From NCBI GenBank assembly GCA_039810425.1, contig JBDHWW010000013.1, positions 11,250 to 75,249 on the forward strand: a DNA stretch of 64,000 bases, given 5' to 3'. The position numbers were made by a program, and so were the translations under genes. The notes beneath the pieces are model-generated. The model was not told the DNA's origin and made no database searches. It worked only from the letters and a program-made list of their open reading frames with translations. Shown here piece after piece: positions 46,571 through 55,436 of this stretch; positions within the stretch are counted from its first letter, which is position 1; every line of letters starts with the position of its first letter. This stretch comes from Pseudobdellovibrionaceae bacterium. GTDB lineage: Bacteria; Bdellovibrionota; Bdellovibrionia; Bdellovibrionales; Bdellovibrionaceae.

Positions 46571-47250
46571 TCTGTGATCACTCCGTCTTGGATGCGGATG
46601 ATACGGCCGACGCGATCAATGAGCTTTTCATCATGTGAACAGAACAAGAACGTGATTTGCTTCTTTTGATTGAGTTCCAAAAGAAGGTCGATGATCTTAT
46701 GGCTTGTTTTAGAATCTAAGTTCGCTGTTGGCTCATCGGCAAGAACAAGTGTCGGATGAGTCACAAGGGCGCGAGCAATCGCCACACGCTGGCGCTGACC
46801 GCCTGAGAGCTTGTCCGGCGGGTAGTGAGCAAACTGCTCAAGCTCAACGTCTTTCAACGCCGCCATTACGCGGTTCTTTCTTTCTTCAGCGCTGACTTCA
46901 GGTTGGATTACGAGTGGCAACTCGATGTTTTCATAAACATTGAGAACCGGGATCAGATTGAATGATTGAAAGATAAAACCGATTTTATGATTTCTGAGAG
47001 AGCTTTTTTGAACTTCGTCTAAGTGAGTGATGTCTTGGCCGTCGAAAACGATTTGTCCGTTATCAGGTGAATCGATGCAACCGACGAGGTTGAGAAGAGT
47101 ACTTTTGCCTGAACCTGATTTTCCGATGAGAGCTGTGAACTCTCCTTTTTTAATTGAGAGATTCAGACCGCGCAATGCTGGCACGGTCGTCTCGCCCAGG
47201 TGATAAGTCTTAACAACGTTCTTTAAGGCGAGAATTTCATTTGATTGCAT
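46567..47250 (-). CDS. ABC transporter ATP-binding protein (LolD/MacB-like)
   Basis: GKSGSGKST, LSGGQRQRVAIARAL, LADEPTANLD. Confidence 0.95.
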   Translation of the reverse strand: MQSNEILALKNVVKTYHLGETTVPALRGLNLSIKKGEFTALIGKSGSGKSTLLNLVGCIDSPDNGQIVFDGQDITHLDEVQKSSLRNHKIGFIFQSFNLIPVLNVYENIELPLVIQPEVSAEERKNRVMAALKDVELEQFAHYPPDKLSGGQRQRVAIARALVTHPTLVLADEPTANLDSKTSHKIIDLLLELNQKKQITFLFCSHDEKLIDRVGRIIRIQDGVITE

Positions 47251-47258
47251 TGGGGTCC

Positions 47259-47486
47259 CTAAGTTTTGCTATTCATGACCGAGATCAGATCCCCCACTGT
47301 TTTCACCGGGATCAAATCCTCTTGGTTTAATCTAATATTAAAAGTGTTCTGGAGATCGATGACCATGTCAATGAGGATAAAGGAGTCGATAACCAGTTCT
47401 TGAAGGACTGCGTTGTCAGTAATCTTCTCTGAAGGAACACTCAAAATCTGGCTAATGCGAGTTTTAATCTTATTATTATCTAACAT
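47259..47486 (-). CDS. Acyl carrier protein
   Basis: 75 aa; LVIDSF phosphopantetheine Ser; KTVGDL. Confidence 0.85.
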   Translation of the reverse strand: MLDNNKIKTRISQILSVPSEKITDNAVLQELVIDSFILIDMVIDLQNTFNIRLNQEDLIPVKTVGDLISVMNSKT

Positions 47487-47495
47487 GGTTCTACC

Positions 47496-48068
47496 TTAGT
47501 CCTTCTTAAATTTTAAAATACCAGCGATGCGCTCTTCATGCTCTTTAACTGTCTTCTGATAGACTTCTTTGTCCGCATCGTAGAAGCGTTTGAGCGTCTT
47601 ATCGATGTGTTCTTTGCCGTATTCGCCCTCCATGTTTTTCAGAGCTTGTGTCACCCATTCGATGTGCCACTTTTCATCTTCAACAATGAGGTCGAGTGTC
47701 TTTTTAATCTCAGGATTTAAGTCCTGAGCCTGACGATGTAGAGCATACTGTCCAATCACGCGTTTTTCAAAGATCAACGTGATGCCCAAAACTTCCATGA
47801 TATTCGCCGGCATTCCCGCAGCAGAAATATACTGGTCCTGATAAGCGGTATCGAGTTTGATGGGTTCGTGTCCAAGAGTTTGTAAGCAACGAGTCCAGAA
47901 CCAAGAGTGCTGAGATTCATCGGCAAAATGTTTTGTGAGATCCGTTTGAATCGGACCTGGCGGCAATGATTTTGCGAGACGGCCGAAAAAGAGAGCGCCC
48001 GAGATTTCACTCGTGCGATAAAAGCTCAGAAGCCATCTTTCATTCTCTGTTAAAGGCTGGATTTTCAT
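47496..48068 (-). CDS. Ferritin-like diiron protein
   Basis: E (TSEIS), DESQH, E (FEKR), DEKWH four-helix ligand pattern. Confidence 0.8.
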   Translation of the reverse strand: MKIQPLTENERWLLSFYRTSEISGALFFGRLAKSLPPGPIQTDLTKHFADESQHSWFWTRCLQTLGHEPIKLDTAYQDQYISAAGMPANIMEVLGITLIFEKRVIGQYALHRQAQDLNPEIKKTLDLIVEDEKWHIEWVTQALKNMEGEYGKEHIDKTLKRFYDADKEVYQKTVKEHEERIAGILKFKKD

Positions 48069-49159
48069 TAGGCGCCTCCTTTAGTGAATTTTGTTTGAGC
48101 AAGGTGCTGGCAGGTTTTTCGAACGATATCTTCCATGGCTGCCGTCTTGTAACCAGGGAGCAAAGACTGAAGAGCTTCGTTAGAAACTTCTTTCTTCACG
48201 AAGAGCTGACGGCCAAACGGAGAAATACTCGCAAGGCCCTGATTCAGAACGCTGCCGCCGAAACCTTTCATATTTGTCACGAGCGTATCAAAAGATTTCT
48301 CGTCAGCAAAAAGAGGCTTTAGCAAACGTCTTGATTTAAACATTTCGTCTTTGTTGAATTCTTCAAAAGCAATATCAATAAATCGACCGAGTGGAATACT
48401 CGCGGCTTGGTCGTAACAGACGTGATAGATTTTCTGACTCTGACCTTTGTTCACGACTGCGGCTAAAGACTTCGCAGTGAATTCGCCGTCCACAAGGTGA
48501 ATCGGTGTTTCAGCACGGCCCGGAAGCAAAGAAATCAAACCATAGTAGAAAAGCTTAAGAGTGTTATGAATGGCGTTGTGCTGAATCACGGTGCCGCTAT
48601 CGCCATCCGCGATGATTGTAGCAACGCGAGCGATTCTCCACGGGAGGTTCGAGAATTGAGTGCGAATGGCTTCTTCGACTTCCCATTTTGAGCGTTCGTA
48701 GTGATTTGCAAAAACAGGAGAGCTAAAGAATTCTTCCTTGATCGGGCCCGCTGCCATACCTGAAGCATAAAGAGTGCTCACGTAAGTGAAGTTTTCCAGC
48801 TTCGGCAACTCAGATACAAATTTTAATAGTGCCAAAGAGCCATCGCGGTTCACAGAGTTCGCAGTGACTTCATCAACGTTAAACGCGGTTTTTGCGGCGT
48901 TGTGGATAATGATGTTGATATCGTTACGTTGAGCTTGCAGGTTCTCAACGAGATTTGCCAAATCACTCTGGACTATTTCAACGCGAGCGTGCTTAGCCGC
49001 AGGCACATCTTTCAAAAGATCTGCTTTGCGCTTTTCTAGCTCTTCTGCGGAACCTGCACGCACAGGAACTAATAGAGTCTCCGAGCGTTCTGTCAGAAGT
49101 TGCTCGAGGAGTTTTTTGCCGATGTAGCCGGTGGCACCGGTCAGAAGAATCTTAGCCAT
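48068..49159 (-). CDS. Thioester/fatty-acyl reductase-like extended SDR
   Basis: TGATGYIG, HNAA, YVST, NHYERSKWEVE. Confidence 0.82.
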   Translation of the reverse strand: MAKILLTGATGYIGKKLLEQLLTERSETLLVPVRAGSAEELEKRKADLLKDVPAAKHARVEIVQSDLANLVENLQAQRNDINIIIHNAAKTAFNVDEVTANSVNRDGSLALLKFVSELPKLENFTYVSTLYASGMAAGPIKEEFFSSPVFANHYERSKWEVEEAIRTQFSNLPWRIARVATIIADGDSGTVIQHNAIHNTLKLFYYGLISLLPGRAETPIHLVDGEFTAKSLAAVVNKGQSQKIYHVCYDQAASIPLGRFIDIAFEEFNKDEMFKSRRLLKPLFADEKSFDTLVTNMKGFGGSVLNQGLASISPFGRQLFVKKEVSNEALQSLLPGYKTAAMEDIVRKTCQHLAQTKFTKGGA

Positions 49160-50024
49160 TTTGGATCTCCTTCATCGGCCAGTGAGCAGGATTTGTCCCG
49201 TAACGGCTGATAATAGCAAAGAGCCATCTTTCTAAACCGAAAGCGATGCAAGCGCTGGTCGCTGTTTCGCCTTGGTATTTGATGTTAAAACTTTCGCCAA
49301 AGTAGTCTTTGTGGAAATTGGTCGAACCAATCGAGAGGTCTTTGTTAAAGATCATCTCGTGTTTTACAGGGTCTAATTGCTGCATGATGAACTTCGGATT
49401 GCTCTCTGGATTAAAGAATGGATCCGTTGCTACTTCCCATGAAATGCCGAGATCGAGCTTCGCAAGCTTTTCAGTCACGATATCGCGGTACTTCTTTACG
49501 AAGCTGCGAACGTGATCTTGGGGGCCGATGCAAACGATCTCACGCATATTGAAAGACCACTGACGTTGCAAAGGTTTGTAGTAAAGTTCACGACGGAAGC
49601 AATTCGCACGTGTTGTCAGGTGCAAAGGCTCTTGCAGATCCTGATCTTGGAAGTGGATATAGAAATGATAACAAGCGGCCGGTGTTAAACAGTCGCAGAC
49701 CTTGTCGATTTCAGTAAGATGGACTTTGCCATCGCTAAAACGTGGGCCTTCAGTGAACTTTTCCAGGTTCTTGGCGTCGTTTTGATCCAAAGCCACCGGG
49801 AAAGTAATTAAATGAGGGAATGATTTAAAATAATCAAGCTTGTTGAGTTCCGCCGCTTGAATGAAAGGCGGGAAATAAAATTCACGAGCCTGGGCCGTCG
49901 CTGCGATTCTTAAAAACATCGCATCAAGAGCTTTAAAGAGCTCAAAAATAGATCCGCTCAGATTTGATTGTCCGTTTGGAATCCATTTATAGCCAGGAAT
50001 CTCGGTGAATTTGATTTCACTCAT
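49152..50024 (-). CDS. Amino acid:[carrier protein] ligase (SerRS catalytic-domain homolog)
   Basis: YFKSFPH, LTPAACYHFY, CFRRE, FNMREIVCIG, ATDPFF, SACIAFGLERW; no tRNA-binding domain. Confidence 0.85.
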   Translation of the reverse strand: MSEIKFTEIPGYKWIPNGQSNLSGSIFELFKALDAMFLRIAATAQAREFYFPPFIQAAELNKLDYFKSFPHLITFPVALDQNDAKNLEKFTEGPRFSDGKVHLTEIDKVCDCLTPAACYHFYIHFQDQDLQEPLHLTTRANCFRRELYYKPLQRQWSFNMREIVCIGPQDHVRSFVKKYRDIVTEKLAKLDLGISWEVATDPFFNPESNPKFIMQQLDPVKHEMIFNKDLSIGSTNFHKDYFGESFNIKYQGETATSACIAFGLERWLFAIISRYGTNPAHWPMKEIQNG

Positions 50025-50275
50025 GTCGCACTCCCAAAGAAGGAAGCATAAATGCTGTCAATCGTGTTGAAAGCACCTGGCTTGATGGCTTTGAGGTTAA
50101 ATTTGGAACCTTTGATTTTCTCAACTTCCAAAATCAACTCCATCACGTGGAGTGAGCTTAAAATGCGGGTTTCCAAAAGGTGTGTATCAAAGGCAAGCTC
50201 TGCCCCAGTCACTTTCTTAGACTTTTTCAAAACCCATTGGCGGAGTGTTTCTTTGACTTCTTGTTCTGTTTTCAT
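50021..50275 (-). CDS. Carrier protein (ACP/PCP-like)
   Basis: 84 aa; DTHLLETRILSSLHVMELI; FNTIDSI; ATGA overlaps on both sides. Confidence 0.75.
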   Translation of the reverse strand: MKTEQEVKETLRQWVLKKSKKVTGAELAFDTHLLETRILSSLHVMELILEVEKIKGSKFNLKAIKPGAFNTIDSIYASFFGSAT

Positions 50276-51135
50276 AACTCGAAAATCTCCTCGATAATGC
50301 CACATTTTTTCAGATAATTTAAACTTACACGAGATGCGCGGACGCGGTGTTCGCGGGCTTTGTCGCTTTCAAACACGCGAGAAGCCAAGTCGTAAGCGTC
50401 TTCAATGCCGGCATCTACGTAGATGTCTGGATTGTAGTATTCACGCCAAGTTGTTACATAGTAACCACGAATGTAGTCGCGAATCCCTTGCAGAGTTTCC
50501 GCCGACCACTGTGGAGAGAATGTTTTAAATAGATCGTTCAAAATCACACGGCCAAACGCCAAGTGACGAACTTCATCTTCGTGGTGATTCGCATTGATAT
50601 CGCGAGAAAGCTGCATCACGCGCTCATCTCGAGCTGTCGTTACGTTGTAATAGTCGACGATCTCTTCGAAAACGAAGACTTTAATAAAAAATAAAAACTC
50701 TTCTTCGCCGGTTGCATATTCACGCGGGAAAACGATTTTGCGATCAGGATAGATCTTGCCTGCGTACTTTTCACAGAAAGTACCGAAGAAGTACATGTGT
50801 TTGTTTTCTTCATCGATAAAGTGATGGATATAGTCCGTCACATCTTGGTTTTCACTCTCGTACAAACGGCGAGTAAGTCCCTCAAGCAAGGACTTTTCAC
50901 CATGAACATTCAGACTAAAGAAATTCACTTCTTCAAAGAAGCTGAGTTTTTTCTTTTGCTCTTCATTGAGAGCTTCCCATTCAGGGGAACCATAGATAGA
51001 GATGAGCTCGGGGCTTACAAACCAGTTATTCTTCTCAAGCTGCTCAGGGAATTGAATATGAGTAAACGGATTGTAGAATCCTTTAATCGATTGAGCAGTC
51101 AGTTTTTTAGCAACTTGTGAGATATCGTGGCTCAT
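50272..51135 (-). CDS. AurF/CmlI-family diiron oxygenase
   Basis: PELISIYG, GE, DEENKH, FEE, HHEDEVRH. Confidence 0.85.
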   Translation of the reverse strand: MSHDISQVAKKLTAQSIKGFYNPFTHIQFPEQLEKNNWFVSPELISIYGSPEWEALNEEQKKKLSFFEEVNFFSLNVHGEKSLLEGLTRRLYESENQDVTDYIHHFIDEENKHMYFFGTFCEKYAGKIYPDRKIVFPREYATGEEEFLFFIKVFVFEEIVDYYNVTTARDERVMQLSRDINANHHEDEVRHLAFGRVILNDLFKTFSPQWSAETLQGIRDYIRGYYVTTWREYYNPDIYVDAGIEDAYDLASRVFESDKAREHRVRASRVSLNYLKKCGIIEEIFEL

Positions 51136-51136
51136 A

Positions 51137-52087
51137 CTACACCTTCTCTAAGATGACGGCCTGCCAGTTCAAACCAAAGCCTGCCATGAAAAGCAGTAAC
51201 TTCTGGCCTGGTTTTACAAGCTTGTCTTCTTCGATTTTAACCAAGTTCACAATATTATCAGAACTGATGATGTGGCCGACTTCCTGAATAGATTTGAAGT
51301 AAACTTTTTCAAACTCAGTTCCCAAAAGGCGGGATAAAATCACCCATGCATTCACATTGGTGTTCTGAGGGATAATCCAGTCGATATCTTCGATTTTAAG
51401 ACCGGACTTATCAAAAAGCTCCGTGAGGAGTCTATGAGTATAACTGAAATAGCTGCCGACAGTTTCGTCGTCATTCGCTTGCGCCATAGCGCCGTTCGTC
51501 AACGCATGTGTTGCAATCAAGCGATAACCTTTTTCTTCGTCGCTCACCACACAAGCAGCAGCGCCGTCAGAAATTACATTATAAGCCTGTTCGTAAGAAG
51601 CGCCTTCTGGAAAGCGATCTGCTGTTACGCAGAGGATTTTCTTTTGCTCTGGCTCTGACAAGATCAAAGCACGGGCAAGGCGCAAAGATCCAAGCATGCT
51701 CGTGCAAGCCTGCTGGTTCAGTCCAAGTACGGCCGCACTTTCAAGACCAAAATCGGCTTGTAAGTGGCTCGCTGGATAGTCCATGAGGTATTTCACATCA
51801 CGGCTTTCTTTAAATTTATTAAAAGATCCGATATTGCCATTCAAAGGAAGGCATGTCGCATAGACAATCGAGTTCACGTTTGTCAGCGCGTTCTTAATCT
51901 GAGAAACTGCGCCCACAGCCAAGTCATAGGCATTTTGCGAAGGTGAACTCATGCGGTGAAACGCAAAGCCCGCCTCAACAAATTGCTGGTAGTCAGTGAG
52001 AAGACGGCCGGCCTTAGACGATTCTTCAATCGACACTCTCTGGTCACCCAGGAAATAAGCCAAATCGTGAACGAAAACGGATTTCAT
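51137..52087 (-). CDS. KAS III-like acyltransferase (CerJ/ChlB6-type motifs)
   Basis: QQACTS Cys, SDGAAA, IIPQNTN, GHIISSD, AGFGLNW. Confidence 0.8.
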   Translation of the reverse strand: MKSVFVHDLAYFLGDQRVSIEESSKAGRLLTDYQQFVEAGFAFHRMSSPSQNAYDLAVGAVSQIKNALTNVNSIVYATCLPLNGNIGSFNKFKESRDVKYLMDYPASHLQADFGLESAAVLGLNQQACTSMLGSLRLARALILSEPEQKKILCVTADRFPEGASYEQAYNVISDGAAACVVSDEEKGYRLIATHALTNGAMAQANDDETVGSYFSYTHRLLTELFDKSGLKIEDIDWIIPQNTNVNAWVILSRLLGTEFEKVYFKSIQEVGHIISSDNIVNLVKIEEDKLVKPGQKLLLFMAGFGLNWQAVILEKV

Positions 52088-52089
52088 TA

Positions 52090-52653
52090 TTAAGCTCCGA
52101 GTTTAGGGAAGAAGCGACCAGTCGTTTTCATATAGTTTTGGTATTCGGAACCGAATGCTGAGTTCGACAAGTTGTTTTCTTCGCGGGCCGCCGTGCGGTT
52201 CAAGATCACGATACACCAAACCATACCCAAGAATGTAATCAAGTGAGGCATCATGATGATTGAAGCCAACTGAGCCGTGATGAAAGAGCTATAGAATGGG
52301 TGACGGATGTATTTGTAAGCACCCCAAGTTACGATGTTTGCTGGTGCATCGTTGTTTTGGTGCCAAAGAGCGAGTGGGATACGGTGAGTACCCATCGTGT
52401 ATGAGATCATGCCGATAGAGAAAGAGCTCAAGATGACGACGGCGATTTCGCCAGCCAACGGAATTGACCAGTACAACTCGAGGCTGATGACGCCGAACTG
52501 TTGCAAGAAGATGAGGACTGCATTCAAGAACAAAGGACCCGCTGTCATCCACCACATCAAATTATAGCGGCCGTCTTTTTTAAAGAAAATGCGTGGAAGA
52601 ATGCCGATATAAGCGAAATTTACGAGGAGTAAAGTGACGAGAGTCCTGTTCAT
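52090..52653 (-). CDS. ICMT/PEMT-family membrane methyltransferase
   Basis: TM helices; GAYKYIRHPFYSS, REE, YQNYMKTTGRFFP. Confidence 0.85.
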   Translation of the reverse strand: MNRTLVTLLLVNFAYIGILPRIFFKKDGRYNLMWWMTAGPLFLNAVLIFLQQFGVISLELYWSIPLAGEIAVVILSSFSIGMISYTMGTHRIPLALWHQNNDAPANIVTWGAYKYIRHPFYSSFITAQLASIIMMPHLITFLGMVWCIVILNRTAAREENNLSNSAFGSEYQNYMKTTGRFFPKLGA

Positions 52654-54302
52654 ACGGTGATCCTTTGTTTTAATAAGAGTTCTTTAACTAAATTCTTTTT
52701 AACTTTTAATGTTGTTGTTTTAGGAAGCGGTTCGGTGAGGAAGATGAATTTCGAAGGACGCTTATAATAACTTAGTTGCATAGTCGCTTGGTGCAGTGAT
52801 TTTTGAATTTGTTCTTGAAGTATAGCATCCGCAGGATTGACGACAACAACTGCTGTCACGATTTCTGTTCCTTTTGTAGCGCCTTGGCTTGATTTCATCC
52901 CGAGGACACAAATTTCCTGGACGTTCGGGATTTCACGCAAGCTTTCTTCAACTTCTTCTGGAGCAACTTTTTTACCACTGCCAAGGACGATCAAGTCCTT
53001 GTTGCGGCCCTTGATAGTAATAAAACCATCAGAGTCGATTTCACCAACATCACCAGTATTAAACCAGCCATCGGCTGAAAGGCAGGCTGCTGTTGCCTCA
53101 GGATTTTTAAAATATCCTTGCATAACGATCGGACCGCGAACCAAAATCTCTTGGGTTTCAGAGTGAAGCTTCACTTCAATTCCATCAAGAGCTTTACCGA
53201 TGCTGCCGGGTTTGTTTATCCCTGGAGAGCTGCACGAAATAACTGGAGCAGTTTCGGTCATTCCGTAGCCTTCAAAGACAGAAACGCCGATGAGTTCAAA
53301 GAATTTTCCTACTTTTAAATCGAGCGCTGAAGCGCCGGAGATGATTTGATGAAGGTCACCACCAAACTTCTTATGAAGAGGATAAAATAAAAGGCGACGA
53401 ATAGATTTGCTCGGAATAAAGCGCGCTAAACGCACGGTCGAATAGAACCAAATGCGTTTTAAAGCGGAAGTGCGAATCTCGCTTTCTATGCCCTTTTTCA
53501 AAGTACGCAAGAACAGCGGTACAACCAGCAAATCGCGGATTTTATTTTCTTTAAAGAATGAAATAATTTGGTGTGGAATCAAAGAGTTTGCGTAATAAAC
53601 GCTGCCGCCACGGCTAAATGGTAATAAGAAGCCGCCGGTAATTTCAAACATATGGTGCAAAGGCAAAATAGACAGCAAGCGGAAGTCTTTCTTCGTGCTG
53701 AAGAGTTCGCCGGCAAGGTCGACTTGAAAATGGACACTTCTGAAAGTTAACATTACAGCTTTAGGCTGGCTTGTTGTGCCAGAAGTAAAAGCCATCAGGA
53801 AGGTCTCATCAGTAGGGCGTGTAAGGGAAGCGAGGTCCGCTGTCACAGCAAAATCCTCGGTCATGACGTCGTTGATACTGAGCAAGCGAAGTTCTTGCGC
53901 GGAGTTTTGCACAAGTTTTTCCCCAATAGCACGAGTCTCATCATTCATGCAGAGTACGAATTTAGCTTCAGAAAATTCAGAGATAAATTTTTGATCAGCA
54001 AGGCTTAAGCGAATATCGACTGGCACGATGATGCCGCCAGCGAGTGGAATCCCAAAGAAACCGACAGAGTATTCAGGGCGAGATTTTGCCAGGATAAGAA
54101 CGCGGTCACCTTTTTGAAGGCCCAAAGAACTCAGCTTTTGTGCGAGTTTCTCGGCATGATGGCAAACATCACTGTAAGTCAGTGGAATCCATGTATGGTT
54201 TTCGGCAGTGCCTTGACGGCCGAAGAATGCCGGACGGGAAGCGTATCGTTCTGAGACGCTTTTTAAGAAGCTATAAATGTCTGTTTGCTCCGGCTTTGCC
54301 AT
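52650..54302 (-). CDS. Long-chain acyl-CoA/ACP ligase (AMP-binding)
   Basis: FTSGTTSQPK, EGYGMTET, WFNTGD, GRNKDLIV, LPKTTTLKVKK. Confidence 0.9.
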   Translation of the reverse strand: MAKPEQTDIYSFLKSVSERYASRPAFFGRQGTAENHTWIPLTYSDVCHHAEKLAQKLSSLGLQKGDRVLILAKSRPEYSVGFFGIPLAGGIIVPVDIRLSLADQKFISEFSEAKFVLCMNDETRAIGEKLVQNSAQELRLLSINDVMTEDFAVTADLASLTRPTDETFLMAFTSGTTSQPKAVMLTFRSVHFQVDLAGELFSTKKDFRLLSILPLHHMFEITGGFLLPFSRGGSVYYANSLIPHQIISFFKENKIRDLLVVPLFLRTLKKGIESEIRTSALKRIWFYSTVRLARFIPSKSIRRLLFYPLHKKFGGDLHQIISGASALDLKVGKFFELIGVSVFEGYGMTETAPVISCSSPGINKPGSIGKALDGIEVKLHSETQEILVRGPIVMQGYFKNPEATAACLSADGWFNTGDVGEIDSDGFITIKGRNKDLIVLGSGKKVAPEEVEESLREIPNVQEICVLGMKSSQGATKGTEIVTAVVVVNPADAILQEQIQKSLHQATMQLSYYKRPSKFIFLTEPLPKTTTLKVKKNLVKELLLKQRITV

Positions 54303-54414
54303 GACTTAGGTGTTTGCAAAGCCGGTTCCAGGTCGGCGGTGTCAAAACGGCAGTATTCGAGGTGGGCTCGCGTTCTAACCGTTTGCTGTAGATCCGCTAG
54401 ACATGTGTGGGCGC

Positions 54415-54510
54415 TTCTTGTCCTTGTTCCCGGCCTCTGCGAGCTTTCGCTAAGACATCCGATTCATCTTGTCCTCAAGAGCTCAGGAAGTTCTTGTTTT
54501 GTTCCTGGCC
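54415..54510. repeat. Imperfect ~20-bp direct repeat upstream of the biosynthetic operon
   Basis: TTCTTGTCCTTGTTCCCGGCC (54415-54435) and TTCTTGTTTTGTTCCTGGCC (54491-54510). Confidence 0.65.
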
Positions 54511-54886
54511 ATCGTAAGATGGAGTTATTGATAAAGTCCCATGCCAAGAGGTATGGGATTCAACTTTATGAGGTTTCACTGAACTGGTCGCCTATCATGA
54601 GTTCAATGATTTAGAGGGGCGTGGGTTGCTGGTGAGAAAGAAGAAAACTCAACGCTCGGGATAATAGTGGCTGCGAGGCCCCGGTTCGGATCTCGCTTTA
54701 AAACGGAGAGGCTTGTTTCCGAGGAAGTAAGATCATCTGAGATCACATCAAACTTAGTGAGTGATGGGAATGTGTGCGTTGTTACCGGGACTGAGTCTAA
54801 AGAAAGCCCCGACATATGAGGCGACTCCGACAGATGCGAAGAAGCCTGCAGCGAAGCCAGCTACGAGCCAAAAAGCAGCCCAATAA

Positions 54887-55099
54887 CTAAGACCAACGGC
54901 ATTTCAAGCGGGGCACAAGCGGTGGGTTCTTTGAGATACGGAAGGATTTGCACTGATCCGTCATTTTCAAACCAACGTTTTCAGCCTTCATCAGGATCAA
55001 TTCACCCTGAGAGTCCAAAACTCGTGTGTTGTCCTGTACTGAGTACGCCGACGTTGCGAGCAGAGTGCAGATAAACAAAGTTGCAGTGTATTTAAGCAT
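54887..55099 (-). CDS. Small hypothetical secreted protein
   Basis: Signal-peptide-like MLKYTATLFICTLLATSAYS after GAGGA; two Cys. Confidence 0.4.
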   Translation of the reverse strand: MLKYTATLFICTLLATSAYSVQDNTRVLDSQGELILMKAENVGLKMTDQCKSFRISKNPPLVPRLKCRWS

Positions 55100-55436
55100 T
55101 TGAGTCCTCACCTGTTACATGCTGGATGTATAGTATATCGGCAATTTATACCGAGACTAAAGTCCTTTTTGAAAACTTCTTATACGAAAATTAAAACATT
55201 CCCCGGTGTATCAGTTTGAGACTTTCTTTCTTAAAATGAGACTCGAATCACTTACGAAAAGGTTAGTCTTATGGTACAGTGACGTATGCTTTTTGAACTT
55301 GTGCTTACAAAATCATATATTTCACACACTCGTCTTCTAGACAGGGTGACAGTCTCTATTTCTTAAGTCGGCTCTTAAGCGGCCGACGCACGTGGTTTTT
55401 TTTACAACTTAGTTTTTTAACAACCAGGAGGTCTTT

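Noticed and set aside
49152..50024. Housekeeping seryl-tRNA synthetase
   Set aside because: Too short, lacks the tRNA-binding domain and is coupled to a carrier protein.
54285..54886. Small ORFs (54285-54614, 54603-54815, 54761-54886) as RiPP precursors for the cluster
   Set aside because: No convincing RBS or leader/core pattern, and the cluster enzymes are carrier-protein based.
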